This document shows positions 26,216 through 39,430 of a stretch of 64,000 bases of DNA, one piece after another. The position numbers and the translations under genes are program-made. Where the stretch lies: assembly GCF_006345805.1 (NCBI RefSeq), contig NC_043000.1, positions 85,808,001 to 85,872,000 on the forward strand, written 5' to 3'. Every line of letters begins with the position of its first letter. Position 1 is the stretch's first letter. The notes beneath the pieces were generated by a model. The model made no database searches. It saw only the letters and a list, made by a program, of their open reading frames with translations, and was not told the origin of the DNA. The stretch comes from Octopus sinensis. Lineage: Eukaryota.

Positions 26216-26420
26216 TCTGTACAACCGTTTATAGGCATGTCAACAATTCCAGTTGCACATTAAGCAGTTATCTAAGTTGAAGACAGATTCATAGAATAAT
26301 CTTATAAGAAAGCTTATTGAGAATATGTGCACAAATTTATATTAAAATATATTTGGTTTTTGCTTGGTTAGAGTTTTATTAAATTACCAAATATGTCTTC
26401 AATTACCTCTTGCACCTTCT

Positions 26421-26790
26421 CATCATCATCATCATCGTTTAATGTCCACTTTCCATGCTAGCATGGGTTGGATGATTGACTGAGGGCTGGCGAACCAGAT
26501 GGCTGCACCAGGCTTCAATCTTGATCTGGCAGAGTTTCTACAGCTGGATGCCTTTCCTAACGCCAACCACTCAGAGTGTAGTGGGTGCTTTTACATGCCA
26601 CCAGCATGAGGCCAGTCAGGTGGTACTGGCAACGACCTCGCTTGAATCTTTTACACATGCCACCGGCACAGGTGCCAGTAAGGCGATGCTGGTAACGATC
26701 ACGCTCAAATGATGTCTTTTACGTGCCACTGGCACGGAGGCCAGATAGCCGCTTTGGCAGTGATCACACTTGGATGGTGCTCTTAATATC
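26421..26790 (-). mobile_element. RTE-LINE 3' tail or RTE-mobilised element with (GAT)n end; other copies near 21240, 32183, 35725, 36365, 39475, 46990
   Basis: Reverse complement matches the 3' end downstream of the RTE ORF fragment at 57400-57785. Confidence 0.75.
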
Positions 26791-27274
26791 CTGTGTGTGT
26801 ATACATATATATATATACTGAAAGGAGCCCATTGTACGTGTGTGTGTGTGTGTGTGAGTGTCTCCTTGTCTTGGTACTGATATTGCATGATAATTGTAAA
26901 TGAGTGTCACTGTTATACAAGCTGTCATTTATTTCTAATAATCTTCAAAAACGTTTTGTGACAGGGAAATATTTTCTTACTTAGAAACAGGTAAGAGTTG
27001 CTGACAGGAAGGACATCTAGCTGTAGAAAATCAAACTTTGTATGACCCATGCAAATATGGAAAAGAGGACATTAAAAACAATGAAATATACACACACACA
27101 CACAATGGGCTTCTACACAGCTTCTCTGCTCAATAAATTCAGTCACATGGTATTGGTTGGTCCTGGGCTTTAGTAGAAGACACTTCTGCAAGTGGGATTG
27201 AACTTGAAACCTTGTTGTTGGTAAGTGAGCTTCTTAAGCATACAACCATGCCTATGCCTATGTGTGTGTGTATA

Positions 27275-27960
27275 CAGACATGACAGAAGTTAATAGACAT
27301 TTTTATGTTTCAAGTGCTCTATGTGACTCTTTGATCATGCCATGTACAAAAGAAGCCTTGGAACTGTCTGAATTTCAAAGAAGCCATATTGTGGGTCATT
27401 CTGAAGGTGGACATAGCATAAAATTGCAGAAAACTTTTGGATCCCACTTTCTGCAGTTAACAGAGTGATTGTGCAATTCACCAGAGAGTGGAAGGAGTTC
27501 ACATCACCACGCCCAGATCAACCAGGGCCTTCTGACAGTACACTTCACTTTGTTAAGAGAAGTGTGGAGGATAATCCTCATTGTAAGGCCTATGACATAG
27601 AACAAGTTGATGTTAGTCTCAGAACAGCTGTCAGGTATCTCCACAAACTTGGTTACTATAGCAGTGTAGCAAGAAGGAAGCCACTTTTTCGACCAGCCAA
27701 CATCAAGCAGTGAAAAGATGGGGCCAGTGAGATGGTAGAGAGGCCACTAGCATTTTGGGACACTGTCATATTCTCTGATGAGTCCAGATTTGCTGTATTT
27801 CCTGACAGTGGTTGTATGTGGGTCTGGAAACTCTATGATCAAGAATTTGATGTGAAAAGATTGCAGCCAACAATGAAACATGGCAGCTATTCTCTGATGG
27901 TCTGGGGAGCAGTTTGGAGTGATGATTGATCAGAGCTGGTGGAGTGTGAGGGAAACCTAA
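27275..27960 (+). mobile_element. 5' half of a Tc1-like transposon
   Basis: TA|CAG start; ELSEFQRSHIVG HTH, ARRKPL, WDTVIFSDESRF, LQPTMKHGSYSLMVWGA; truncated by later insertions. Confidence 0.85.
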
Positions 27961-28064
27961 ATAAATTGGAGCGCTCCGTCGGTTACGACAATGAGGGTCT
28001 CAGGTGATACGATTAACGAGAACAGCTTGCTTGTGAAATTAATGTGAGCATTCCACAGACATAT

Positions 28065-28462
28065 ATTTATGCTGGGTGGTACATTTTTCACCAGGGAGGG
28101 TCTTTGTATTTAAGAGCAACCATGCATCCCGCTGTCTGGTGAGAATGAAATCAATCTGGCTAGCAGAGTCCCCTGATCGATAGGTTATCAGGTGGCTAGC
28201 CAGCTTCCTGAAGTTGGTGTTGCAGATCAATAGGTTATTTGCATTGCAGAACTCCAGGAGCCTAGTTCCCTCTTCATTTCCGGTACCAACTCCATGGTTC
28301 CTATGTACACCATAGAAGATACCAGGCTGCTGTCTGACATGCTCATTAAAATCTCCAGCCACAAAGAGAGCATTGTCACTCTTTTTTGAGGTAGCCTGCA
28401 AAAGAATATCATAAAAGTGATCCTTCTGTTCATTTAGTAGGTCTACTTGTGGGGCGTAGGGA
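28065..28462 (-). mobile_element. RTE-clade LINE AP-endonuclease fragment
   Basis: YAPQV..., VAGDFNEHV, NEEGTRLLEFC, ICNTNFRK, TYRSG..SQIDFIL. Confidence 0.88.
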
Positions 28463-28469
28463 GAAAGGA

Positions 28470-29335
28470 GTTGGAAGATTCAGGATTTGACTACAAGGGG
28501 ACAGCAGAGAGGAAAACCCACAATCGATCTAACACCATCAGAACTCTGGAACTCATCACTGAACTCTAGGAGATCATTAACAATAATCCCAGCAAGTTGA
28601 TATGTGCAATTTCATAGGAGAAAGGTGAAGATAAAAAGCTCATTAGGCAGGTAGTGCATGAGAACATTTGCTACTTTTCATTCAAGGTGAGGAAGGGACA
28701 ATTTCTGTCGAAGGCAATGCAGGAAAAGTGACTCAAGCACACCAAGAAACTGATTAACAAGTTGAAACCCCTGCTGGAGCTAGACATACTGTGGTTCTTC
28801 TCTGGTGAGAAGAATTTCTGTGAAGACCAGATCAACAAGTTGCTTACAACATGCAGAAGACATTTCCAGTGACAATCATCGTCTTCAGTGTTGTCAACAG
28901 TGAAGGTGATGTCATACTACCTCACTTCTTCCCCGAGAGCTTTAGGCTGAACACCGATGGCCACATCTGTGTTCTGAGCTAGGTGGTAAAGCTGGATGCC
29001 TTTCCTAACGCCAACCACTCCGAGAGTGTAGTGCGCTAACACACGAACTGGAAGACCCAGGCCTAGCTGTCAGAGAATTTCTTCTATCACACAACACCTG
29101 ACATTTGACCTTCCAACTTGCCTGACTGCAACCACATTGACTTTGTGTAGAGTGCAGTGGAATGAGAGACCAAAAAATCTAACTGCAACATGAAGGATGA
29201 GCTGAGGGCCAGGATTACCAGGGGCCTAAAACAAGAGATCATGACAAAGGCCTGTGGTTGGTTATGAAATTGCCTGGAGGCTGTTGTTAAGTGAGATTGA
29301 CAGAACAAGTCATGAAGACAAACTGACTCAAATTT
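28470..29335 (+). mobile_element. maT/DD37D-like transposase remnant
   Basis: KVRKGQFLSKAMQ, LWFFSGEKNFCEDQ, and a degenerate WPPNSPDCNP-like motif near 29105. Confidence 0.7.
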
Positions 29336-30756
29336 GATGAATAAATCTTGAAAAATAAAACATTTTTTCCTGATTTAAAGAGATTGAATGATTTCGGTGC
29401 TGATGGTAGAGTATTAAACCAAAATGGTTTGAAATAGTTTGTTGGGTCCTTATAGAGTTGAATCTTGCTGAAGTTGATTTTTTTCATCCCTTTAGGGTCA
29501 AGGATCTGAATGTTTCCTTTGAATAAATCCAATTGACTAGTCACTCTTCTCTCCACAAACAAATACTGACTGTATGCTTTACACACACACATCTAACAGT
29601 TCTCACCAGTTTAAAACAAGTCACTTCTAGGCATTGAATATTGCAATACCTACTACAAATACACAGTGTGTGTGTTTGTATGTGAAATGTTGATGATATC
29701 CACATACACACATGGATGTGAAGTCAAAAAGCATCTTCTATGGCCCTGATTTGACCAAAATTTTTTTTTAGTAGATTAGGTAGATGGAAACTGAAAGAAG
29801 CCCATTGTATATAAATACATGTGCCTCCTTGGCAATGTATGACAGTTGAGCAGTGTCATTTGTTTCCATTCTTTCATGAAAATGTGTCCAACTTCATTTG
29901 AAAATATGTGAAAGTTAGTAACCGGAAGGGTATTCAGTTGTTGAAAATCTGCCTCAACAAATTTATCTGACCTATGCAAGCATAAAAAATTGTACGTTAA
30001 AATAATTATATATACACATACACATAACCGTATATGTATATATAGTTTCTTTAGGCTAACCTAGTGGCTTCTTACTCTGCGTTTTTTTTTCCATGTATGC
30101 TTTGATTCTTAGACAGGAGAAGAACCAAAATATATGTTGGGCGTGTCGTTGGTTTGACTACAATATGAAGAGAGAAAAGTAAAAATATGGGTTGAAGAAA
30201 GAGTAAGTGCTGTAAAATAGCTTCAAGTAAATGTCAAGAAGGAACTCAACAGTTACACAGTTATCTCCCTTGACATAATGTTTAATAAATATTAGTCGCC
30301 ATGAAGTTACCTTCACTTATGACAAGACTGGAACAAAGCTGTATAATTCAACACGTTGTCTCCAGTGCACAACTGGTACTTACTTTATCGACCCCGAAAG
30401 GATGAAAGGCAAAGCCGACTTCAGCAGAATTTGAACTCAGAATGTAAAGATAGATGAAATGCCACTAAGCATTTTGTCTGGCATGCTAACAATTCTACCA
30501 GCTCACTGCTTTTTTGATAATAATAATAATAATAATGAGCTTATTGTATGCAGTATTCAGGTTCATGATAACGCCTTAGAAAAAGCTGAAAGAGGAGACA
30601 GAAAGCATCCATGTAAGTAGAGAAAGACAGCAATGAAAACTAAAAGTACATGCACAGTACAGATTGTCATTTCAAATTATAACTGACTGAAAATTAAGAA
30701 TTTTTTAATTACTAGTGCATTAGGAGTGTTTTTTTTTTTGGGGGGGGGGGCTATAA

Positions 30757-31831
30757 TCTCTATATATATAAAAGGCAGTGTGTCTGTCAGGTTGTACCCT
30801 CACCCTGACCACGGCTTTCAACCGATTCTGATGAAACTTGACACACACATAGCCCAATGTCATAATTCAAAACTAACGCAGCAAAAATTTTGAAAAGTTC
30901 CCTTAGTTCTGAAAAAAATCGATAAATTCGACATGGGGTTGAGAATCTAAGCTTATCATATGCAACACATTTTCCGTTGTAGTTTTCGCAACTTGCAATC
31001 GATTTTCACCAAACTCATGGTGAAGCTTAATGTTACCCTAAGGAACTTAATTCTGACGTTAGTTTTCCATGCAATACCTTACCATCAGAAAAAAATCGAT
31101 AAAATCATGCCATTTTGGGAAATCACGTTCAAATTCAAGATGACATATTTTCAACATCTTTAACAAATTGGCAGGAATTTTTTTGAAATTCACAGCGAGC
31201 ATCATGTCTGCTCCAAGGAGCTATATGGCCCTTTTGATTCCAATAGGATACATTATTACTGGAAAAAATCGGATAATTACATCATATGTAGCACACATAG
31301 CAAACTGATTTTTCTGCGATATTTTTTGAAAGTTCACATAGATTTTCCCTACACCAATGTTGGACATCAAGTTTGCATTAAATATCAAACTAACGACCTT
31401 TTGTCAATGCAGTTAACAAGTATTGGGAGAAATCGACAAAACCATATCACTTTGAGACCGACCATGCGAACCCTACAAAACTGACTTTTGTTAAATAGTT
31501 GGCGGATTTCAGGTAATTTAGTCGATTTTTGCCACTTTTATCATAAAGGTTACTAGAAATGGCATATGTTTTTCTTTTGCTTCAAATCCGAGCAATGTTG
31601 GGCTGTAGATGCATTTGTGTGCACACGTCCTTGACACGATGATTGCAGCTCTTCCCATTGACTGTCATAGATTTTCTTCATGCATGCAAGGGAACGGTGT
31701 CTTGAATGCCTTATAGGCTTCATTTTACAAAATAACGGTTCAATGAGTACAAAAAAGGGTAAAAAGGTAAAGGGCATTGCTTATTCACAAAGTTTCTTAC
31801 ATACCTGGGCAACGCCGGGCTATGCTGCTAG
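30757..31831 (+). mobile_element. Non-autonomous Helitron
   Basis: A|TC...TATATATAAA 5' end; subterminal GC hairpin cctgggcaacgccggg; CTAG|T 3' end; no TSD; CpG-rich. Confidence 0.8.
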
Positions 31832-33191
31832 TGAATTATGAAACAGAATAAGATTAATATAGACTTAATTGTCAAGAAATAAGACTGTTGCATTCCCAGA
31901 GAATATGTGATAGATGTGGTCATGAGAGTGAATCAATGTAAAATTGTAGAGAATGATACAGGGTTGAATCCATTGCAAAGAATTATCTAACAAAGAATAC
32001 ATTCTTTGAGAACAGTAAATTGAAATCTGAAGAATAGTGGAGATATTGTATATATATTTATACATAGTCATAAGTTTGCATATTGTTTCATAGGAAATTC
32101 TGGATAATAACAAGCAAGTGCCAAGCATTTTATACCTTTTAAATAGGTTTTCCTTTTCAGTAAATTACTGTATTACTATTATCATCATCATTTAATGTCC
32201 ATTTTCCATGCTGGTATGGGTTGGATGGTTTGACCGGAGCTGGTAAGGCAAGGGGCTGCACTGGGCTCCATTGTCTGTTCTGGCATGGTTTCTACAACTG
32301 GATGCTGTTCCTAACAAGTTTTACTGGGTGCTTTTTATGTGGCATCAGCACAAGTACTTTTTATATGGCACTGGCTGTGACAGATGGGTCTTTTTGAGTA
32401 CAGCAGTACTATTATTAGAAGGAGCCCAGTATGTGTTGAAGTCTTTGTCTTTCCCCAAAAGTTGTGGTGCTGATATGTGATAAATTGACTGCATGTAAAG
32501 ACATCATTAAAGAAGTGTGCAGCAATTCATTAAAGCTTGCACAAATCAACAAGGTATCGAAGTTAATTGTACTAATTCTAAAATATAAAGGAAGGTGGAG
32601 GGCAGAAATAATTATAAAAGTTTTGATAGTATTTAAGTATACTGATGATCAATTAAAAATTAATTTTCAATTAAATATGTTGCTGCATAAAAACTAGGTC
32701 AATTATAACATTGCTGTGCAATTTAAACCTTGTGCCATTATGAAGGGTATTTTTTTTTAATAGCAAGATATCAACACAGATATGAGCATGATCTCCTTTT
32801 TGCAAGAATATTTACTGGCAATCACAAAGGAGGTTTGGTTTCCATACCAAAAACAAATCTGGTTGCCAGTCAAAACTATCATTCAAATAATCATCAATTC
32901 CCAATTTTAGCTGCCAATGTAATAACAATAAATAAATAACAAGGGCAGATATTCAATAAGTGGGAATATATATATACTGGAGCCTGTTTACAGTCATTAT
33001 TCAACTGTACATTGTCCTAAACTGAAGGGTAGAGGAAAAGTTCAAAGTTTTTATTGAATTTCAAAGAAATTTATTTAATACACAGAGCAGCTATAAGCTA
33101 AAAGTATTGTACATAAGGAAATTCTTCAATAAATATTTGAATGTATAAATTGTTATACTAAACAAGTTTCACAATCAGAGAGTCATTGGGG

Positions 33192-33378
33192 ATTCAAGTA
33201 GTTCTGTATTGCTGCTACAGATTTAAGAATTCTGTGTTGTGGCTACAAACAAAATTAAGAAGTATTACAGCCACAAAAAGATTTAAGGAGCCCTGTATTG
33301 TGGCTACAGATTTAAGAAGTTCTGTGTTGCAACAACAAACAGATTTAAAGACTTCTCTATTGTGGCTATAAATAGGTT
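33192..33378. repeat. Degenerate minisatellite, about 6 units of 29-33 bp
   Basis: Recurring agatttaagaa(g)ttctgt(g/a)ttgtggctac(aaac). Confidence 0.75.
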
Positions 33379-33466
33379 TTGTTAACTATCACACTATGAA
33401 AGTCGTGTCTGATGAAGACGTTTTTTTAGCTCCACAATCCTTTTTTATGTTGGTCTTATATTACAA

Positions 33467-33936
33467 CTAGCAGTATCGCCCGGCGTTGCTCGAGTTTGTA
33501 AGGGAAATAACTATATAAGCATTTTTAGAGAGTTACTTCCCATTTCTGTTTTGGTGTCTTCAAGCCATGAAGTCGTTGTTCTAAAAGAACGCTGGTCTCC
33601 TTGACAATGCTTTACGACGTTGATTTCCTTACACTCCCTTCCCCACAGCTTCACGAGGGAGGGAAGAAAGGGGAGAAGCAAACAGGTGCAGGTGTCCATG
33701 GACGCCAACTCCGCCGCCATCGTCACACGAAAAATTATGCATTAAAATGGAATAAAAAATGATGTTAAATTATTTTTAAAATCGTAGACGCGCGCTAATA
33801 CTCAGACGGGCTCGATATGAATCACGACTATAAGATACCCGAATTTGGTTAAACTGCACCGCAAAATGTGGGAGTAGTTAGGAATCTAAATCGAAGGGGA
33901 CAGACACTCACACAACTACAGTTTTATATATATAGA
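33467..33936 (-). mobile_element. Non-autonomous Helitron (second family)
   Basis: Minus strand A|TCTATATATATAAAA at 33936; hairpin ctcgagcaacgccgggcg; CTAG|T at 33467. Confidence 0.82.
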
Positions 33937-34854
33937 TATGTTTAAATTAAACTGTTTCCTTTACATTAAGAAATGCAGGAGTATTAAAATACTGATTATT
34001 ATATTCTGTATAGGGATGTGACTTTTAGATGGAAGATAATAGCAATACTTCCACTTTTTATTGTTATTATTATGATTTATGATATCTTCATTCAGTGAAC
34101 CACTGGTTACAAATTCCAAAGACCTAATCACTGGTTCACTGCCTTTTTTATGATGAGATACAAGAAAGTAACTGTAAGTAGGTTCAGAACAACATCACAA
34201 AGGATTTTATTCAAAAAGTACTACATCAGTGAAAGACATGAAATGGATCGATTTCCTGGGTTCTTAGCCAGGAATTAAAACCTTAGTCTAGATTTTTTTT
34301 GCAATCTCCTTTCCATTATTCTCAGCATTCGTACTTGGAATTTTATGAGTCAACTGTCATTCTACATACAACTTAGATAAGTCTTATTGAACATCTTAGG
34401 TTACATTCACTTCAACATACATAAACACTTTCTTTTGTTTCTTTCTGACCAACATCCAGCTTTCAAACATGTATAAATTCAAACCCTCTTCAAATATTTT
34501 CAGACAGTTCATTTTAACTCTTACATGCTGCATGCCTTTTTCTTTCTAGCACACTTATCTCTTCCTGACACCTACAACTGACATAAATATTACCAAAAGT
34601 GAGTGAGCCTTGTTACTCACATCCTCTTACCACTGTAAAACAGCAGAGTTCTACAATCTTTGTATACTGTTCCTAATGACAAATTATGACAGGTAAATAA
34701 AATCAGTAAGAAATAACGTTTTTTACTTGTTGATTTATTTGGTGCATAACACACTGTCCCACAAAATTTTATGCTATCAAAACTAATAATTACTACATTC
34801 ATTACATCTATCAGTAACATATATCAGTTACACGAGTGTGTGTGTATATAAAAG

Positions 34855-35186
34855 AAAGTGCATGGCTCAGTGGCTCGAGTATTGGGTTTACAATTGTGAG
34901 ATTGTTAGTTTGATTCCTGGACCAGGCTGTGTGTTGTGTTCTTGAGCAAGACACTTTATCTCATGTTGTTCCAGTTCACTCAGCTGTAGAAATGAGTTGT
35001 GATGTCACTGGCGCCAAGCTGTATCAGCCTTTGCCTTTTTCTTGGACAACATCAATGGTGTGGAGAGGGTATCCATGGGCGACTGCTGGTCTTCCACAAA
35101 CAGTCTTGCTTGAACTTGTGCCTTGGAGGGGAACTTTCTAGGTGCAATCCCAAAATCATTTGTGACCGAAGGGGGTCTTTACCTTT
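34855..35186 (+). mobile_element. tRNA-derived SINE; inverse copy at about 61930-62275, related head at about 9505-9770
   Basis: tggctcagtgg A-box, gtttgattcc B-box, tgttcttgagcaagacacttt central motif, tail ggggtctttaccttt. Confidence 0.75.
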
Positions 35187-35193
35187 ATGCTTA

Positions 35194-35237
<44 letters not shown>

Positions 35238-37785
35238 TAATGCCTCAAGTTGACTAACAACTTGTGAATGGAGATTGGTTGACTAAAGTTCAGCAGAAGC
35301 CCATCATGTATGTCAACTTGAGGCTTTGGCACCATTTAGAGGAACTGAACCTGGAATCATGGCAAAGCAAACTTCTTAACTACTTAGACATCCCTGTACC
35401 TAATTGCTAAGTAATCATGTGAAGTGTTGGTAAACGATTTTGTCTGACTGTATGTGACTTAGGCTGGAAAATACCTTCTTACCTAGTTTTATTTCATGAA
35501 GAACTGCAACGTTTATAAATTTTCACTAATTGTAGTGGCTAACCATGTGTCTCTTTCATCATTTCACTGTGTTTAAACAGTATTCTAGCCATGACCATCT
35601 TGTCTTCTTAGCTGTCTTTTTATATTCAAGAGTACTTTATCCATTTTTATATTGGTAGGGTGAAATTTGAAGATAGACAGTTTACACAAATGGTTTCAAA
35701 CAAGAGTATTGGAAATTCAGTATAATCATCATCATCAATTAGTGTCTATTTTCCATGCTGGAATGGGTTGGATGGTTTGACAGGAGCTGGTCATCTGGAG
35801 AGGTATCCAGGCTCCATTTGTGTTTGGCATGGTTTTTTTGGCTGGATGCCCTTCCTAATACCAACCATTTTACAATGTGCTGGGTGCCTTTTACGTGACA
35901 CTGGAATGGGTGCTTTTAGTTGGTACTGGCATGAGTGCTCCTTATGTGGGGCTGTGCAAGCACCCATAAATAAATGGTGCCAAATATCTAAAATCTCCAT
36001 AACATATGTTTGTTGTTGCTAATCTCAGGTCAGGTAGACTTATGATTAAAGGCCCTTTAGTTGCAATCAGCTCACCTTTTTCTTTTCTAGCAGGGTATGA
36101 TTTGAGGGAAATTTGGCTGCTTTTTAAAGAGATTGAATGATTTCGGTGCTGATGGTAGAGTATTAAACCAAAATGGTTTGAAATAGTTTGTTGGGTCCTT
36201 ATAGAATTGAATCTTGCTGAAGTTGATTTTTTCATCCCTTTAGGGTCAAGGGTCTGAATGTTTCCTTTGAATAAATCCAATTGGCTAGTCACTCTTCTCT
36301 CCACAATTTAGTCTTGCTCCCAAATAAAAGACAACAGTACAAAGTGAACATTATAAAAAAACAATCATCATCATCATAATTTGTTCATTTTCCATGCTGG
36401 CATGGGTCTGATGGTTTGACAGGAGCTAATAAGGTCAGGGGCTACACCAGGCTCCATTGTCTGCTCTGGCATGGTTTCTATGGCTGGATGACCTTTCAAA
36501 TGCCAACCACTCCAAAGAGTGTAAGGGTGCTTTTAATGTGGCACCAGAAAATAGGTACATAAAGACAAAAATATTTTAAGGAAATTAATTAAAATCATCA
36601 AGTCATAAAACTGGACAAAGCGATCATCATCCTCCTACTCAACATCATTTTAATGTCCACTTTTCTATGCCTGCATGAGTCAGATGGAACTTGTTGAGGC
36701 AGATTCCCTATAGCTGGACATTCTTTCTGTTACCAATCCACACACATTTTCAAGCAAGATTAGATTTCTCCCAGACCAAATATGTTTTTACATAAGATTG
36801 GAAATGAGCAACATCACTTGTATGATGTTGAGGCTTGTTATAACTAGTATGTGGTGTCAAGACAGGGTCCATACACACACACACACACACACAGAATGGG
36901 CTTCCTTCTGTTTCTGTCCAAGGTGTCACACAGAGGGAGTGAACCTGAAACCACATGGTTGGAAAGCAAGTCTCTTAACCATAGAGCCACTCCTGCACCT
37001 TGATATCATGAATGTAAAAAAAAAAAATTATAAACCAGAAAACAAAAAAAAATCACACATTTGAAAAATACACACTGAAAGACAAAATATTTAAATGTGA
37101 TTAGGAACAAAACCAACAAATCATAAAAATTGTGTAACAGCTTTAGTGGAGAAACAAAACAACAAATACACACACAAAATCAACTATCAATAGACTAATG
37201 CATTAAATTGCTTCAACAATATAACAATTAGAAATTTAGGAATTTTACAGTTTAATCCAGATTTTTATAAAATATATCAAATTTAAAAAAATAGCTTGCA
37301 ATTACTCAAATGGTGTATTGAATATGTATCAGCAACCTAATGTATTTATGTGCTTGTCAATGATTTTAGGGAAGGTCAGGAATGGACATAACTTCACTTT
37401 TATAGCATTAAGTCTGTCTATCCTTGTCTTCAACAGCCTCAATGTGTTTATCTGTTTTATCTGTGTCAATGATTTTAAGGGAGGTCAGGGATGGACTTAA
37501 TTTCAGTTTTATGCCATTAAATCAGTCCATCCCAATTTATCACATGTACCTATTCCAAGTTCTGGTACGATTATTCCTAGTAATTAAGTGAATTGAAGTA
37601 GGTGGAATTAAGTGTCGTGTCCAAAGACACAGTGACTTCAAGCACCATATTTTATCTCATATTGTTTTGTCTCCACTATGGATGAATGAACGTATGTTTA
37701 GATAAAATATAGAATTTTTTCCTACATATAATTGGAATTTAAAACTGAAAAAAAAAAAAAGCCTTTTTTTTAGAGGTAATTTTGA

Positions 37786-38396
37786 TCATTCTTGAGGTAA
37801 ATTCCAAAGTTTTATCAAACCATCATCACTACAAGATGCTAACAAACCAGGTATTTTAGGATTCCATGATACACAATTTACATCTTGCAAGTGAGCCGAT
37901 TTCACAACGGAAATAAGTGTAAAAGAAGGTTGGTCCTTATCTGAATTGGGTTCTTCCCGAAACACTCGAATGCAGTCATCTCCACAAGATGTTACAATAT
38001 CACCAGTAAGATGGCACCAATCCACAGAATATATAGTTCTAGAATGGTAACCTGACAGAGTACATACACATTTCCATGCATAGCCATCATCATTCGTTGG
38101 TAAACCTAGTTTATTGTCCGACTGGTAGCACTGCCATATGCGAATAGTTTTATCATCACTGCATGAAACAAGTCGGTCACCTGTTTTGTCAAAGCAACTC
38201 ATCCATACGGTAGATTGATGACAATCCAAAGAGACAGATACTTGCCAATCATCAGTACTTTCTTTAATAAATTTGATAGTGTCATCATAGCTACTGGATA
38301 CAACAATATCTTGAAATGGGTGCCAAGTAACGTGTTTCACATCTTGATTGTGGCAGTTCATCACGCTGGCACATTCATAGTCTTCATCTTGGGTGA
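37786..38396 (-). CDS. CIAO1: CIAO1/Cia1 coding exon 2 to stop (total CDS 1008 nt, 335 aa)
   Basis: ttgtag acceptor, phase 1; VTQDEDYECASVMNCHNQDVKHVTWHP...SSSYDDTIK...HQSTVW...LLASCSDDGLIKLWNLPQE*; diagnostic Cia1 motifs. Confidence 0.96.
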
Positions 38397-38737
38397 CTAC
38401 AAGTTTGTTAACAAAAAGAAAAAAAGAAAGAACAAAATAAATAAAACATTTTGCATTAATATCAATTTCAAATTTTGGCACAAGGCCAGCAATTTCAGGG
38501 GAGCAGGTAAGTCGATTACATTGACCCCAGTGCTTCACTAATATTTATGGCAAGGAATAATGAAAGGAAATAGGCCTAAGGCTGTGTTAAATTTGCTTGT
38601 TTGCATTTCTAAACTGTATTGATACATAAGAATTTTAACTGCAAAATGTTAGAAACAACTGAACACTAGACTTGATGTTATGAGGAAGTTGAAATATCAA
38701 GCATGGTCATCTTAGTCTTTCATATCTGCAAAGTTGT

Positions 38738-38768
<31 letters not shown>

Positions 38769-39208
38769 TAGCAAAATGCTGAAAGTAAATAAATTGACTT
38801 TACTCACTGATTTACAAGTAATGGTTTTGAATTTAGTGAATGGCAATCAATATTAACAAAGCATTTAAGGTGGTGAGCTGGTAGAATTGTTAGCATGCTG
38901 AGTTCAAATTCTGCTGAGGCTGACTTTACCTTTCATCTTAAATTTGAAATCAATATTAACAAAGCAGTCATTCAGTTATTACCAGAACACACTGGATATT
39001 TCTTTTACTAAATGTATTTAAGAGTGTCATATGACAAAGAGGACAATTCATTTATTTGGGTTTTCATAACTTTTTTGCTGTACAGTCCCAGGTCAACTGG
39101 GACTAAAACAGACCTACAAAGAAAATTATTCCAACCATGACCATTCCATATTTTTTGGAGAGTGTATATAGGACTAAATTACCCAATTTGCCCTTCCATT
39201 CATATCTT

Positions 39209-39430
39209 CAACTCTTTAGCATTAACATTCTGTCAAAAATAATGCTTATTTATTCACATAGTTTGGAGTTTATCTTGCATTATCTTGTAGCTTTGAGATT
39301 TTGATGAGGTAACTTAATTTTTAGAATTATATTGTAAGGTAGGTATGAAAGGCCAGATTTGGCCAATTTGAATATAAAACAGGTAGAATATTGGAGCTAG
39401 ATATGGCTGGTTTAAATACTCAAGAGTTAA
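39209..39430. mobile_element. piggyBac-like MITE; partial copy at about 43966-44170
   Basis: (t/c)aactctttagcatt ... aatactcaagagttaa inverted ends with a TTAA-type boundary. Confidence 0.5.

Noticed and set aside
33192-33378. 30-bp periodic array as a possible CRISPR or coding repeat
   Set aside because: Degenerate head-to-tail minisatellite without spacers or a credible ORF
38397-38538. N-terminal extension of the 250-aa WD40 ORF (and 45072-45158 of the 187-aa ORF), suggesting two separate WD40 genes
   Set aside because: The extensions are intron and SINE sequence; splice sites join the two ORFs in phase into one CIAO1 CDS
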